From NCBI RefSeq assembly GCF_009914755.1, contig NC_060932.1: a DNA stretch of 64,000 bases, one strand, 5' to 3'. A program made the translations under genes and the position numbers. The notes under the pieces are model-generated. The model did no database searches and was not told the DNA's origin. It worked only from the letters and a program-made list of their open reading frames with translations. Of this stretch, positions 44,201-57,305 are shown piece by piece; position 1 is the stretch's first letter; every line of letters starts with the position of its first letter. Origin of the DNA: the human T2T-CHM13v2.0 reference genome, Homo sapiens.

Positions 44201-44913
44201 CTTTTCTTCTGCTAATTTTGGGTTGGGATTCTTCTTGCTTTTCTAGTTCCTTGAGGTGTAACATTAAATTGTTTATTTGAAATCTTTCTACTTTTTTGAT
44301 AAAGGCATTAATTACTATAAGCTTCCCAGTTAGCATTGCTTTTGCTGTACCCCAGAGGTGTTGGTATGTTGTGTTTTGGTTCTTACTGGTCTAAAAAATT
44401 TTTTGATTTCCTCTTTAATTTCTTTCTTGCTCAATAATTTGGGAGCATGTTCTTTAATTTCCATATATTTGTGCAGTTTCTAAAGTTCCTCTTGTAATTG
44501 ATTTCTGGTTTTGTTTCAATGGAGTCTGAGAAGACACTTAGCATTATTTATTTTTAAAAATTTTGTTGAGCCATTTTTGGTGTCCTAACATGTAGTCTGT
44601 CCTGGAGAATGTTCCCTATGTTGATGAGAAAAATGTGCGTTCTCTAGCTCTTGGATGAAATTTTCTGCAAATTTCTGTTAGATCCATTGGGTATAAAGTG
44701 CAGTTTAAATTAAATGTTTTTTGTTTGTTTGTTTGTTTTCTGTCTAGATGATCTATGTAATACTGAGAATGGGGTGCTTAAATCCCCAACTATTATCCTG
44801 TTGGAATCTCTCTCTCTCTCTTTAAATCTAATAATATTTGCTTTATACATCTGGGTGCCTAGGTGTAGAGTGCATATATGTTTAGAATTGTTATATCCTC
44901 TTGCTGAATTGAT

Positions 44914-45208
<295 letters not shown>

Positions 45209-46049
45209 TCCCTTTATCATTACATAGTGACCTTTCTTGTCTCTTTTTTACTATTTTTAACTTACAGTCTATTGTATCTAATATTCATATAGCTATTCCT
45301 GCTGGCTTTTGGTTTCCATTTGCATAAAATATCTTTTTTCTTCCCTTTACTTTCAGTCCATATGTGTCTTTACAAGTGTGATGAGTTTCTTCTAAGCAGA
45401 CTATTGTTGGGTCATTTTTTAATCCATTAATTCAAGCTATATCTTCCAGGTGGAAAATTTATTCCATTTGCATAAGGTCATGATTGATACGTGAGGGCTT
45501 ATTCCTGTCATTTTATTAATCCATTTCTGGTTATTTTTGTGTATTCCTTGTTCCTTTCCTTCTCTATCATTGTTTATGATTGTGGTTTGGTGGTTTTCTG
45601 TAATGGTAACATTTGAGTCCTTTCTCTTTCTTGTGTGTTTGATCTACCAGTGGACTTTATATTTTTGTGTGTTTTCATGCTGGTAAATATTGTCCTTTTG
45701 TTTCCATATGTAAGACTCTCATGAGCATTTTTATAGGTCCAGTCGACTGGTGATGAATTCTTTTGCTTTTGCTTATCTTGGAAAGACTTTATTTTTCCTT
45801 GGTTTATGAAGGATAACTTTGTTGAGTACTTGGCTGGCTGTTTTTTCTTTCAGCACTTTGAATTTATCATACCATTCTCTGCCGGCTTGTAAAGTTTTTG
45901 GTGAGAAATCCACTGTTAGTTTGTTGAGGGTTCCCTTATAAATGACTAGATGTTTTTCTCTTGCTGTTTTTAGAATTCTTTGTCTTTGACTTTTATCAGT
46001 TTGACTACAATGGGCCATAAAGGAGACTTTTTCTTTTCTTTTCTTTTTT

Positions 46050-46820
46050 GCGAAAGAAGACATGCAAGCAGCCAAGAAACATATTTTTAAATGCTCAACA
46101 TCACTAATAATCAGAGAGATGTAAATCAAAACTATAATAAGATATCATCTCACAGCAGTCAGAGTGGGTTTTATTAAAAAGTCAGAAAATATGAGATGTT
46201 AGTGAGGTTGCAGAGAAAAAGTAATGCTTACACACCATCAGTGGGAATGCAAATTGCAGCCACTGTGGAAAGCAGTTTGGAGATTTCACAAAGAACTAAA
46301 AATAGAATTACCGTTCAATCCAGGAATCCCATGACCAGGTATCTAGCCAAAGAAAAATAAATTGTTTTACCAAAAAGACACCCGCATTCATATGTTTATT
46401 GCAGCACAGTAGCAAAGGCATGGAATGAGCCCTGATGCCCATCAATGATAGACTGGATAAAGAAAATGTGGCACATATACACCAACATGCAGCCATAAAA
46501 AAGAACAAAATCATGTCCTTTGCAGCAATATGGATGCAGCTGAAGGTCATTATCCTAAGTGAATTAACACAGAAACAGAAAACCAAATACCATATGTTCT
46601 CACTTCCAAGTGGCAGCTAAACACTGGATACACATGAACACAAAGATGGGAACAATAGACACTGGGGACTCCAAAAGGGGGAAGGCAAGAGTTGAATAAC
46701 TACCTATCAAGCGCTATATTTACTATTTGGGTTACAGGATCATTAGAAGCCACAACCTCAGCATCGTGCAATATACTTATGTAACAAACCTGCACATGTA
46801 CCCCCGAATCTAAAATAAAA
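46050..46820 (+). mobile_element. L1PB-like 3' fragment nested in the older L1
   Basis: Sense L1 3' end (GTAACAAACCTGCACATGTACCCCCGAATCTAAAATAAAA). The host antisense L1 resumes at ~46850. Confidence 0.85.
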
Positions 46821-47649
46821 AGTGAGATGAAATTTTTTTTAAAAGAAAACCTTTTTGCATTGTATCTGTTTGGGAACCTTTGGCCTCCTGTGCCTGGGTG
46901 TCTAAATCTCTTGCTAGACTTGGGAAGTTTTCATATAGTATTTTGTTGAACCATTTTTCCAACTCTATTGTTTTCTCTTTGCCTTCTGAGACTCCAAAAT
47001 TTTGAATATTTGGTCACTTTATGGTGTCCTACATGTCATGTGGGTTTTGCTCATTTTTTAAAACATCTTTTTTATTTTTGTCTATATGAGTTATTTCAAA
47101 AGGAAATAGTCCACTTCAAATGGACTACTGCACCATTTGCTCCGTTTTAAAATATTACTATGCCTTAGGAAGCAATCTAGCCAGGAGGGTTATTTGACCT
47201 CACACAGGTATTGCTTTCCCACCTGTAATGCCATTCATCCAGAACTCCCCTTAACCCAGCAAGACTCTATTCAGTCATCAATCACTTCTTTTAGAAAACG
47301 TACCCACTACCCATATCACTCTAGAGTTGGTTTCGATGCCCTTGTGTTATTCTTAGCATTCGTCATACTGTATGGCAATTCTGTTTCCTCTATGGGGCTG
47401 CGAATGTTTCCAGGAACAAGAATAGGCTTCATCTTTTTCTTCCTCATACAGGGAAGTGACTGACATACAGTAAGGCATCCCACAAATTGTTCAATGAATC
47501 AACAGGAGGTGCAATGGCCAGAGGAACAATTTATACGTATGTAAGGCTATGTAAAGGCACGTAAAGCCAAACCGCTGTGAAAACCGCCTTCAGAAGTCAG
47601 TCGGCTACTAGGCAAATATACAGAAGCACACAGGACAAATCCATTCATT

Positions 47650-48260
47650 CTCCAGCTCCTACACGCCCGGGAAGCAGTTTTACTTTACAGCAAGTTCAAG
47701 AGTCGCACCGCAGATGCTGTAAAAACGAAAGAAGCCCACAGTTGGGACGAGGATTCCAGTTTTGCGTCACCGTCAAGGCGGGAAAGTTCCCGGCTGTCGG
47801 TTGGAGGGTGGGTCCTCGCCCCGCCCCGCCCCCTCGGGCCGCCCTTCCGCGCTTCCGGGAGGCTTGTCCCAAGCTCACGGACCCCTCGCTGGGTGCCGGT
47901 TAAGACCCCGCTCCCCGTCGCCAGTGCTATGGAGGCGGCGGCGGCGGTGGTGGCGGCAGAGGCGGAAGTGGAAAACGAAGACGGCGACAGCAGCTGCGGG
48001 GATGTATGCTTCATGGACAAAGGCTTGCAGAGGTAAAGGGCGCTCCGCAGCCAGGAGCGACCCGCGCACTCCCCAGAGCCGGGGCCACGAGTGGCTGGCG
48101 GCGACACCAGAGTGGAGGCGCGGCACTGCTTTACCAAGACCATAAGTGAACGCAGTCTGGCTTTCGGCCTCCCCGCTCCTCCAAAACTTACCTGCCGAAG
48201 TGCCAGGTTGAATGAGCCGTGGATGCCTTCCCGCCCGTGTCTCCTGCCCAGCGTTTCACA
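47650..48260 (+). promoter_or_regulatory. CpG-island promoter of LRRCC1
   Basis: CpG-dense and TATA-less. Tandem GC boxes CCCCGCCCCGCCCC (~47819-47833), E2F-type GGCGGGAAA (47777-47785), ETS-type CTTCCGG (~47852) and TGCGTCA (47763-47769). Confidence 0.88.
47929..48032 (+). CDS. LRRCC1: LRRCC1 coding exon 1
   Basis: GCTATGG Kozak context; encodes MEAAAAVVAAEAEVENEDGDSSCGDVCFMDKGLQ; donor AG|GTAAAG. 104 nt, in phase with exon 2. Confidence 0.93.
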
Positions 48261-50227
48261 CGACTCTGCTTAGCCTAGAAACTGCCCCAGGACCTTGTCC
48301 TCCACCAGCTTCTGACCACTCTTTCCTTCTGCTGGTTTTCCTTACTTACTGGTGGTTATTCCTTTGCTTGCCGTTTAATTGCTGGTTTTCTCGTGTTCTC
48401 TCGTCTTTCCTGTTCTTACCTCTGAAAAAAACCTGCAGGATAGTATCTCTGGCAGCTATGAGCGGGCAGTCGCTGCTGCCTGTTAGTTTTGCCTCAGTTC
48501 TCCTTGTCTGCATTCGAAATCATTTGTCCGTTACAGAACATTGCAATACATATATTCATATACTTTTTGAAAGTACTAAACTTACTATATTTAGTTCATC
48601 GTTTCCCTCTCTCTTGAAGCCCTGACTTGTGCAAAGCATATGAGGCACTTGGTTCTGTAATACTGTAAAGCAGGTCTCCACCTGCATTTCAGGCTCTTTA
48701 GTCTCGACCCGTAACATTTCTCCACTTACACTTTATTTACCTGTACTGAGCTACAGGCAATTCCATAGCAGACTTCTCTGTGCCTTTGCACATGCTGTTC
48801 CTTTGTAGCGTGTCCTCTACGCGAACTCTGCTACTGATAATTAAGCATCTTGTTCTGGATTCTGATTTAAACTTTGCCAGATGATCCCAAGAAGATGCTG
48901 TTCAAGGGACATTTTACATTTCTATTTAATACTAGCTGCCATTTACTGAATGCTATCTGTTGTGTGCATGTTATATACATTATCAGTAATCCTCACAGCA
49001 ATTCTACAAGGTAGTAATTTTTCTCATTTACAAGTGATGAATGAGACTCAGAATCTATTGACAATTTGTTCATCTTTATACACTTCATGAAGAATTAAGT
49101 TCGGATTCAAACCCATTTTCCGTCTAATTTCACTATGCTTTTTCTATCTCACATTATCTGCACATTATTAATGTCGAGAAACTGAAATGTGTCAGAAAGT
49201 AAATGACTGTCATTAAGAGCATGTGTTAACAGCATAAGGTCTGGCACTAAATAAGAACTCAAGTAAATGACACAGCAGGATAAGTGGGAAATGCCCCAGA
49301 TAGTCACATTTAAAGGTTGCTAGTTTGAAATTTGCAAATGCTTCCCTGCTGTCAGAGTTAGGTTTCCTACAGCTGTAAGATAGCTGCTACTCAACCTACA
49401 GCAGATGCCCGTGACATTGTGTGTTCCTGGGTGTATCTCCCATCTAGCAACTCCAAACTGTGTATGCTGTAGTTTGTGTTCCTGGAACTACTATCTTCAG
49501 GAGAAGCTTCAGTTATAAATAGTAATTGGAGTGAAGAGATGAGTTCTGTTTAGGGGAGATCCATTAACTTTCAACAAGGGAGGACAGGGACTTTTTCAAT
49601 AGGAATTGCAATAACATGGTTTGTTTTTGAAAATGCAATAGACTGTGGATTAAATAGCTATTGCACACAAAGAAGAAAATAAAGTTATAATCTCCAGCAT
49701 GAGATCTGGATTTACATATGCTCTGTTAGCTGCAAGAATTTGGGCAAGCTATTTAATTTCCATAAATTTAGGTATCCTTAAGATACCCACTGCTTAGAGT
49801 TATTGTGAGAATTAATTGAGGTAAGAAAACTGAGGCTCAGGTTGTCATTTGCTCAAATCACACAGCAAAACCGTGATAGAATGCAGATTCAAACTGGGAT
49901 ATTAACATTCCAAAGCCTTTACAGTTATTGACTACTATTCAGCACTGCCTTCAATATATGCTGATGACTGCACACAGGAGTTAGAAATGCCCACTGTCAC
50001 TTGCCTGCCTTGAGCGGTTTCTTGTTTGTATAAATAATCCAAAATACTTGGTTGTGTTGTAAGAAGCACCGTGTTTTGTGAGACATTTCAAAGGTACCAC
50101 AAATAGGAAAGATTTCATTCTAGAATGAATAGAGCACATATTTAGTATCTACGTGCTGTTTGGTTAATTTTAGTTATTTGGTCATGCTTTTAAAATCTAT
50201 TTTTATAGTATATATTTTCTTTTATAG

Positions 50228-50433
50228 CATATCAGAATTATCTTTAGATTCAACTCTTCATGCCGTCAATCTTCATTGCAATAACATCTCCAAGATCGAA
50301 GCCATTGATCATATTTGGAATTTACAACATCTAGATCTGTCATCTAATCAAATAAGTAGAATTGAAGGACTAAACACACTGACAAAACTGTGCACATTAA
50401 ATTTGTCCTGCAATTTGATTACAAAAGTAGAAG
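50228..50433 (+). CDS. LRRCC1: LRRCC1 coding exon 2 (SDS22-like leucine-rich repeats)
   Basis: Acceptor TTTATAG|; encodes SISELSLDSTLHAVNLHCNNISKIEAIDHIWNLQHLDLSSNQISRIEGLNTLTKLCTLNLSCNLITKVE; donor AAG|GTTTGT. 206 nt. Confidence 0.95.
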
Positions 50434-50747
50434 GTTTGTAAGTGATTTTCATTTAACACTTAGCGTAAGGAAAATGATTTAGGTCCATTTTTTTCCCCAA
50501 AAGAATGGAATAAATATCAGAAACTCTTAAAAATTGAGTCTGAAACTCATTATACAAAATATTTTCTCCAAAAAAGTGTCAATTTTTTAAAAATTCTGTT
50601 TTTTCTAAATGCCAATAAAATTGATTTCGCTGTTACCAGACTGGATTTACTTCAGAACAGTCTGAAATAACATTGTAATGCTATATCTCTGTAATTAATT
50701 ATTTAAATTTTATAAAGGCTTTATTTTATTTTACTTTTTTTTTTTAG

Positions 50748-50813
50748 GACTTGAAGAACTAATTAATCTGACTAGACTAAATGTATCTTATAACCACATA
50801 GATGATCTTAGTG
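50748..50813 (+). CDS. LRRCC1: LRRCC1 coding exon 3 (one LRR)
   Basis: Poly-T/TAG acceptor; encodes GLEELINLTRLNVSYNHIDDLS; donor GTG|GTAAGT. 66 nt. Confidence 0.94.
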
Positions 50814-51114
50814 GTAAGTAGAAATGCTTATGTTTTCTGTATGCTAAATGTTGTGCCACATGTGATAAGTTAACAGCTCAGCTAAACATGTTGGAAATCT
50901 CTGAATATTAATCTAATTTTTAGCCAAAGAGCTCATCTAGAGAGCGTATTCCAGTCATGATTCTATTTTGTTGGTACCAAAACCACAGCTGAGTACAAAA
51001 TAGAAGTTAAAACCAAGGTAATCAGTAGCAGGAAAAACTTAATTGGAAAGGATCCAGTTGAAGGGAATATGTTTTAATTTTAGCCAATTAATCAATGTAC
51101 TGTTATATAGAGAA

Positions 51115-51320
51115 GAATAGTTCCAATAGAACTTTCCACAGTGGTAAAAATGTTCTAATCTGTGCTGTTCAATATGGCAGCCAGTAGCCAAATGTGGTTA
51201 TTGAGCACTTGAAATGTAGCTAGTGCAACTTAAGGACTGAGTTTGTAATTTTATTTAATTTTAATTTGAAAATAAAAAGCCGCATGTAGCTAATGGCTAC
51301 TGCCATGTTGAACAGTGACA
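51115..51320. mobile_element. MER3/MER33-like hAT MITE
   Basis: TCCAATAGAACTTTC..ATGTTCTA..CTGTGCTGTTCAATATGGCAGCCA..ATGTGGTTATTGAGCACTTGAAATGTAGCTAGTG. Confidence 0.75.
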
Positions 51321-51729
51321 ATATGCTGCATTCCAAAGGTTGTTGCAAGTTAAGGAACAAATAAAATGAGATTTTCTTTTTATCTGTAATATAGCTAAGG
51401 AGATTTTAAAAGTGTTGCCTTTTTTAATTGATTAAAGTGATGTAGCTGATAAGTTGAACAAAGTTTCATGACTATTCCTAGAATTATCTGTTAAAACTCG
51501 CAGAATTCCTCTAATATCTTCATAATCCTTATCAATATTTGAAACAATCTGATTCATTTGTCGACTCTTCTCCCCCACTAAAAGAACACTACCCTATGCC
51601 AGTTGCTTAGTATACAAAAAATAAAAAGACCTAGTCTGTACCCTTAAGCTGAAGTAACAACTGTATTTCAATTTTTTAAAACCTTTTTTCCTCTTAAAGA
51701 CATGAAGTATTAGAACTGAGTTTGTTTTT

Positions 51730-52023
<294 letters not shown>

Positions 52024-52254
52024 GAACTGAGTTTCAACCCTGGCCTTGTCATTACTATGTAATGTTTAGCAAGGTGTTTACTGTTTAGATGCAATTTCCT
52101 TATCTAAAAAATGTGAATGGATAAGATAGTTAATTCTCTCAGTATGTATTTATGAAGATCACTATATGGAACAGTGTCTTATAGTGATGAAAAAACTAAC
52201 AATAGGTAAGATAAGTCACAGGGCTTACATTATAGTGGGGAAGAAAAACAACCC

Positions 52255-52950
52255 CCAAAAAATCAGCAAAAGATTTGAACAGACACTTCACCAAGAATAT
52301 ATATAAATGGCAAATAAACCATGAAAAAAAATTGGTTGGAATCCTTAGTATTTAATGAAATGCAAATTAAAACCACAATGGGATACCGTTTCACACCTAG
52401 AATAGCTAAAATAGTGACAGTGCTGGTGAGATTGTGAAGCAGTTGAAACTCGCATACATTGTTGGTAGTTTTAAAATGGTACAACCACTTTGGGAAGGAG
52501 TTTTGTTTTTTTTTTTTTTTAATTTGAGGTAGAGTCTCGCTCTGGGGTGCAGTGGTGTGATCCTGGCTCACAGCAGCCTCTGCCTCCTGGGTTCCAGCGA
52601 TTCTCCTGTCAGCCTCCTGAGTAGCTGGGACTACAGGCATGTTCCACCATGCCCACCTAATTTTTTGTATTTTTAGTAGAGACGGGGTTTTGCCATGGTG
52701 GCCAGGCTGGTCTTGAACTCCTGGCCTCAAGTGATCTGCCCACCTCATCCTCCCAAAGTGCTGAGATTACAGTCTTGAGCCTGTACTGGCTATCACTGTG
52801 CCTGGCTGAGTTTGACAGTTTGTTATAATGATAAACATAACACTTAAATATAATTGTGCAGTCTGACTCTTAGGTATTTACCAAAGAGAAATTAAAATGT
52901 GGCCACTCAAAGACCTGTACATGAACGTTCGTATGATTACATAGCTTTTT
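52255..52950 (+). mobile_element. L1M 3' fragment interrupted by an antisense Alu (52505-52806)
   Basis: ATGCAAATTAAAACCACAATG..TTTCACACCTAGAATAGCT L1 motif, with a reverse Alu in the middle. Confidence 0.8.
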
Positions 52951-53564
52951 ATATGATTTTTCCATTTTGGAGAAAGTTCTGAGGCAGGAAGAGAAGCTGT
53001 AAGTGCTTGAAGGGTACACTGGCATTGTACAATTAGTACTTGTCCATGACAGCTGCAGCTGAAGTCCAAGGTGGGCCAGGCAGAAATAGCTACTGCTACA
53101 AAATGTTCTAGATAAGCTTGTGCGAGAAATATTACCAGGGAATTAAATGAATGCTAATGTATTTATTTTATATTCAAACCAGCAAAATTGAAGTGTACTA
53201 CAGAGTTTGCTTATGTCTGCTAATCAAGACTGATGTGTCGAGAGAGCCTAAAGCCATTGCTTTATCCTTTTTCTCATATGAGTGTGTGCATCCACCTGGG
53301 GAAGTTCTTTTGATTCATTTTCTTTTGAAGAGAACCAGAGCCCAGGAACCTCAGGGACTAAAGCCTCAAAGAAATGTTAAACTTCTGTTTCTTCAAAGCA
53401 ACAATTAACTTTACTGATAGCCTATTCATTAGATATAGCTGTTCACAGCAAGATCTAATGCTGCCCGTTTGCCTCTAAAAGTATAACCTATCTAGCAATT
53501 ATTTCTAATTAGCTATTGGAAAGACTATTGCTGTGGCATTTAAAGAATTATGTTCCTATTGCAG

Positions 53565-53732
53565 GATTGATTCCCCTTCATGGAATTAAGCATAAACTTA
53601 GATATATTGATCTACATAGTAATCGTATAGATAGTATCCATCACTTACTTCAGTGTATGGTAGGATTGCACTTCCTGACCAATCTTATTTTGGAGAAAGA
53701 TGGAGACGATAATCCTGTCTGTCGACTGCCAG
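53565..53732 (+). CDS. LRRCC1: LRRCC1 coding exon 4
   Basis: Acceptor TTGCAG|; encodes GLIPLHGIKHKLRYIDLHSNRIDSIHHLLQCMVGLHFLTNLILEKDGDDNPVCRLP; donor CAG|GTATGA. 168 nt. Confidence 0.95.
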
Positions 53733-55732
53733 GTATGAATAATTAATTTAATATTTTTTCTAACAGTTAATATTGAGAGCTTCTTTATTTTCCTGAAATT
53801 GGCATTCGTGACCTCATTTTAGTCTTCAGCTTTGCAACATTTTCTATATTGGGGAAAACATGGTTACAAATAAAATTAGTGTATTAAGACTAATGACTGT
53901 TACAGAACACAAGATGAACAGTTCAGTGATGCTCCTATTTAGGCAGTTTCATATTTGATAAGTGAATGCCTCAAAATTATATCATTATAGTATATTCTTT
54001 TAATAATAGTATAATACTATGCAGCCACAGGAAAGAATATAGAATCTCTTTTTCTACTAATGGACAATTATGTCCAAGATACATTAAGAGGAAGAAAAGC
54101 AGGTTGCAAAGTACTGCACACAGTAGGCCACCATTTGTGTGAAAAGGGTAACACACATACACAAACATTTACGTACATACATATATATGTATGCACGCAT
54201 GTGTGTGTGTGCTCAGTATATACATAAAACATCTAGAAGAATATACACTTTAAAAAAATGTATAATGTTAGCTAACTCAAGGAAAGGGAACTAGGTAACT
54301 GGAGATTAAGAAATGAGAAAATTTTTTACTATGTTCCTTTCGAATTTCATATTATGTGAATTTATTACATTATTAATAAATGATTTTGTTTTAAGAAAGT
54401 TTAATATATAGAGATGCTGGTGCTGCTGAAATGCTATTTGAGCTAATTGGGAATCAATCAAGTTGACAAAGATAAAGCAGACCAGACTACCATTTCTAGA
54501 ACTCACTTATCTCATATTGCTTAACCAAACAATAAGAGAAATGTGTAGAATGTGAATATACATTCTAAAGATCAGCTTGAGTACAAGTTAGCTACAGAGG
54601 CTTCATTTTATTATTCATATGCAACTATAAGAAGGCTTTTTGCAGCATGGAAACCTGTGTTGGTAATTTTATTTCACTGAAGAAAATCTGATACATTTGA
54701 TAATTGTTTTCCTGAGGTGGAAAATATTTCCTATTCTTTTCCATAGTCTCCCTGAAAATCAGGACAGATTTGAAAGTTTTCTGAGGAAACCCTTTCCTTG
54801 AAAGAAAACCATATTTCTAAAGCCTTGCATTTTTCTTTTCTCTGCTAAACCCTCAAGTTGGATTTTTTTTTTTTAATAATCTTATCTCAAGAACCTCTGG
54901 TTTCTACAATTTGAATCTTTGTTTTTCACTTTTTTTCCTAAATTAGGTACTTCTCTCAATACAGTCACCCTCCCTTCAGAATTGAGAGGTAACTTATTGC
55001 TGAAATGACTTTTCTTCCCTCAAGATTTCTAATACTAATTTGCCAGACTTCTTTCTTACTTTCGGAATTCTTCCAACCACTTTGTTGGTCTTTATTAGAA
55101 ATATACTTAGTTTTAAAATTACATTTACACAGGATTAAGGTGCTCCTGTTAGCCTTAGTACCAAATGAATGTTAATTTGTCAGATATGATTGTTCTTAGG
55201 GAAAATAAACATATTATTCTTGATTACTTGATAGTTCACCTGCTTTAATATTAGTTATGTGTAATTTAAAAGGGAAGAAGGGATATTCTGCTAATGCTGA
55301 GACCTCGCTAGGGAAATTCTGGCATTTTGGTCATTATCCACATCATCCTGCTTTAAGTTCATTTATGTTGTTTATATTAACCATATTAAAAAATAAAAGA
55401 CATGTTTAGCTTCCTTCCTAGAATAAATTTCTACTAGTTTTATGCATTATATATTTAAAGTAATTTTTTAGAGATAGTTATTTTAACTTTTTGAACTTCA
55501 TCAGGAGGGTTATTTGAGAGGGATGGAGAGTGGAGGAGAAGTGTTTTGTTTCTTTTGTATGTAAGGATTTAATGATTACATGCTGCAGAAGTTGAATAAG
55601 TAACAAGTTTATTATTTGCTTTCTGGAACTATTCCGGGTGATGTATCTGGTAGCTGATAAATTTAGTTTATTCTAGAAATAATTGACTTTTTTTAATATT
55701 TCAGTTTTCATTTTGAATGATTTGTTTCCAAG

Positions 55733-55908
55733 GGTACAGAGCAGTTATTCTCCAGACTTTGCCACAGCTTAGAATCCTAGATTGCAAGAACATATTTGGT
55801 GAACCAGTAAATTTGACAGAAATAAATTCATCACAGCTGCAGTGCCTAGAAGGTCTTTTGGATAATTTAGTTTCTTCTGATTCTCCCCTAAATATAAGTG
55901 AAGATGAG
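55733..55908 (+). CDS. LRRCC1: LRRCC1 coding exon 5 (LRR cap)
   Basis: Acceptor TTTCCAAG|; encodes GYRAVILQTLPQLRILDCKNIFG...SEDE (YR..I...LPQL..LD LRRcap motif); donor GAG|GTATAG. 176 nt. Confidence 0.94.
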
Positions 55909-56007
55909 GTATAGTATTTACTTTTTTTTTCCTAATATAAAAAATACCTTCAAATTTCAATAAGTGAATATAAATTAAAAGGATTTTGGTTTGTTTCTGT
56001 GTCATAG

Positions 56008-56217
56008 ATCATTGATAGAATGCCAGTGATAACAGCACCTATCGATGAGTTAGTTCCCTTGGAACAGTTTGCAAGTACACCAAGTGATGCTGTGTTGACG
56101 TCTTTTATGTCTGTGTGTCAATCTTCTGAGCCAGAGAAAAATAATCATGAAAACGATTTGCAGAATGAGATAAAACTTCAGAAATTAGATGACCAAATTC
56201 TACAACTTCTAAATGAA
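56008..56217 (+). CDS. LRRCC1: LRRCC1 coding exon 6
   Basis: Acceptor TCATAG|; encodes IIDRMPVITAP...KLDDQILQLLNE; donor GAA|GTAACT. 210 nt. No further exon was recognised before the window end. Confidence 0.93.
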
Positions 56218-57011
56218 GTAACTATTTTTCCTACTTCTCTATAGACATGTTTATTGAAGAAAACATAGTTAAGAAAATGTAAAATAAAAATTATGTACTA
56301 GCTGACCAACCTATTTTAGTGCATCAGTGTTCGTGTATTTTTGTTTTCCTCTACAGAAATAGGGTTCTATTATTGCATAATGGTAGTAAAAGGTAACATA
56401 AATTTTTCACTCACTTTACTTGTCTTCCTTTACATCTTCATTATGTAATTTCTTTGTCTTGTTCTGCAGTACTTTACATTACTTCTATTACACCCAACTT
56501 TTATTTCCACCGTAAGCAAGGGAGAAACTCTTTGGACTCAGTGTTACTTAACGCAAAGGAATACTTTGGCCTCTACTATCTCTTCAGTGGTTTAATGGTC
56601 AAAATCACTTCTACAACTTATAGCTAAATGGCAGGTTAATTTACATAGTTCCTGTATCAATTTCATTTTCTAGTAGACCATCACCTAATCAATCTATACT
56701 TTCCTGAGCTGTTAATCCTTCTTTACCCCGCTACTGAATCTCTAGTTTTTAGAATCTGTGAACTATGTGTATGAACTACAATTCCTAGAATTTACTGCTA
56801 TTCAGGTCTCCAACCCTCACTCCAGCATTCTCACTATCATCCACAGTGGCAGTGGTTCTCTTGGGTACCACTACTATCTGACTGCAATAGATTATTACTT
56901 TATTTGCCTTCTAGCTGGGTGTAGGATAGAAAGATAGTGGTATAGTTCAAAGAGGCTATTAGTCATATGTTAGTTCAACTTAAAAATTTTTAACTAAGTT
57001 ATTGTTACTAA

Positions 57012-57305
57012 TTTTTTTTTTTTAGAGTCAGGGTCTTACTCTGTCATCCAGGCTGGAGTATGGTGGCATGAACATAGCTCACTGCAGCCTCGAATTCCTG
57101 AGCCCAAGAATCTTCCCACCTCAGCCTCCTGCGTAGCTGGGACTACAGGCACATGCCACTGTGCCTAGCTAATTTTTAAATTCTTTGTGTGGAGACTGGG
57201 TCTCGCTTTGTTACCCAGGCTTTCTCAAACTCCTGGCTTCAAGTGATCCTCCCACCTCAGCCTCCTAAAATAGTGAGATTACAGGCAAGAGCCACCACGC
57301 CCAAC
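57012..57305 (-). mobile_element. Alu (AluJ-like)
   Basis: Diverged reverse Alu (CATAGCTCACTGCAGCCTCG). Confidence 0.9.

Noticed and set aside
47137-47463. ORF containing SSQEGYL, reminiscent of the SLC7A13/Slc7a12 ASQEG motif, as a possible missing exon 3
   Set aside because: Only 4 residues match, the flanks show no transporter similarity or splice sites, and the downstream DNA looks like an L2 3' end.
47932-47964. (GCG)n run at the LRRCC1 N-terminus as an expandable poly-alanine repeat
   Set aside because: Only 4 consecutive GCG codons, interrupted by GTG, which is too short to be notable.
47577-48625. Several overlapping ORFs on both strands around the CpG island (for example 152 aa on the minus strand)
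   Set aside because: Expected stop-codon depletion in GC-rich DNA. Only the 47929-48032 frame splices in phase to LRRCC1 exon 2.
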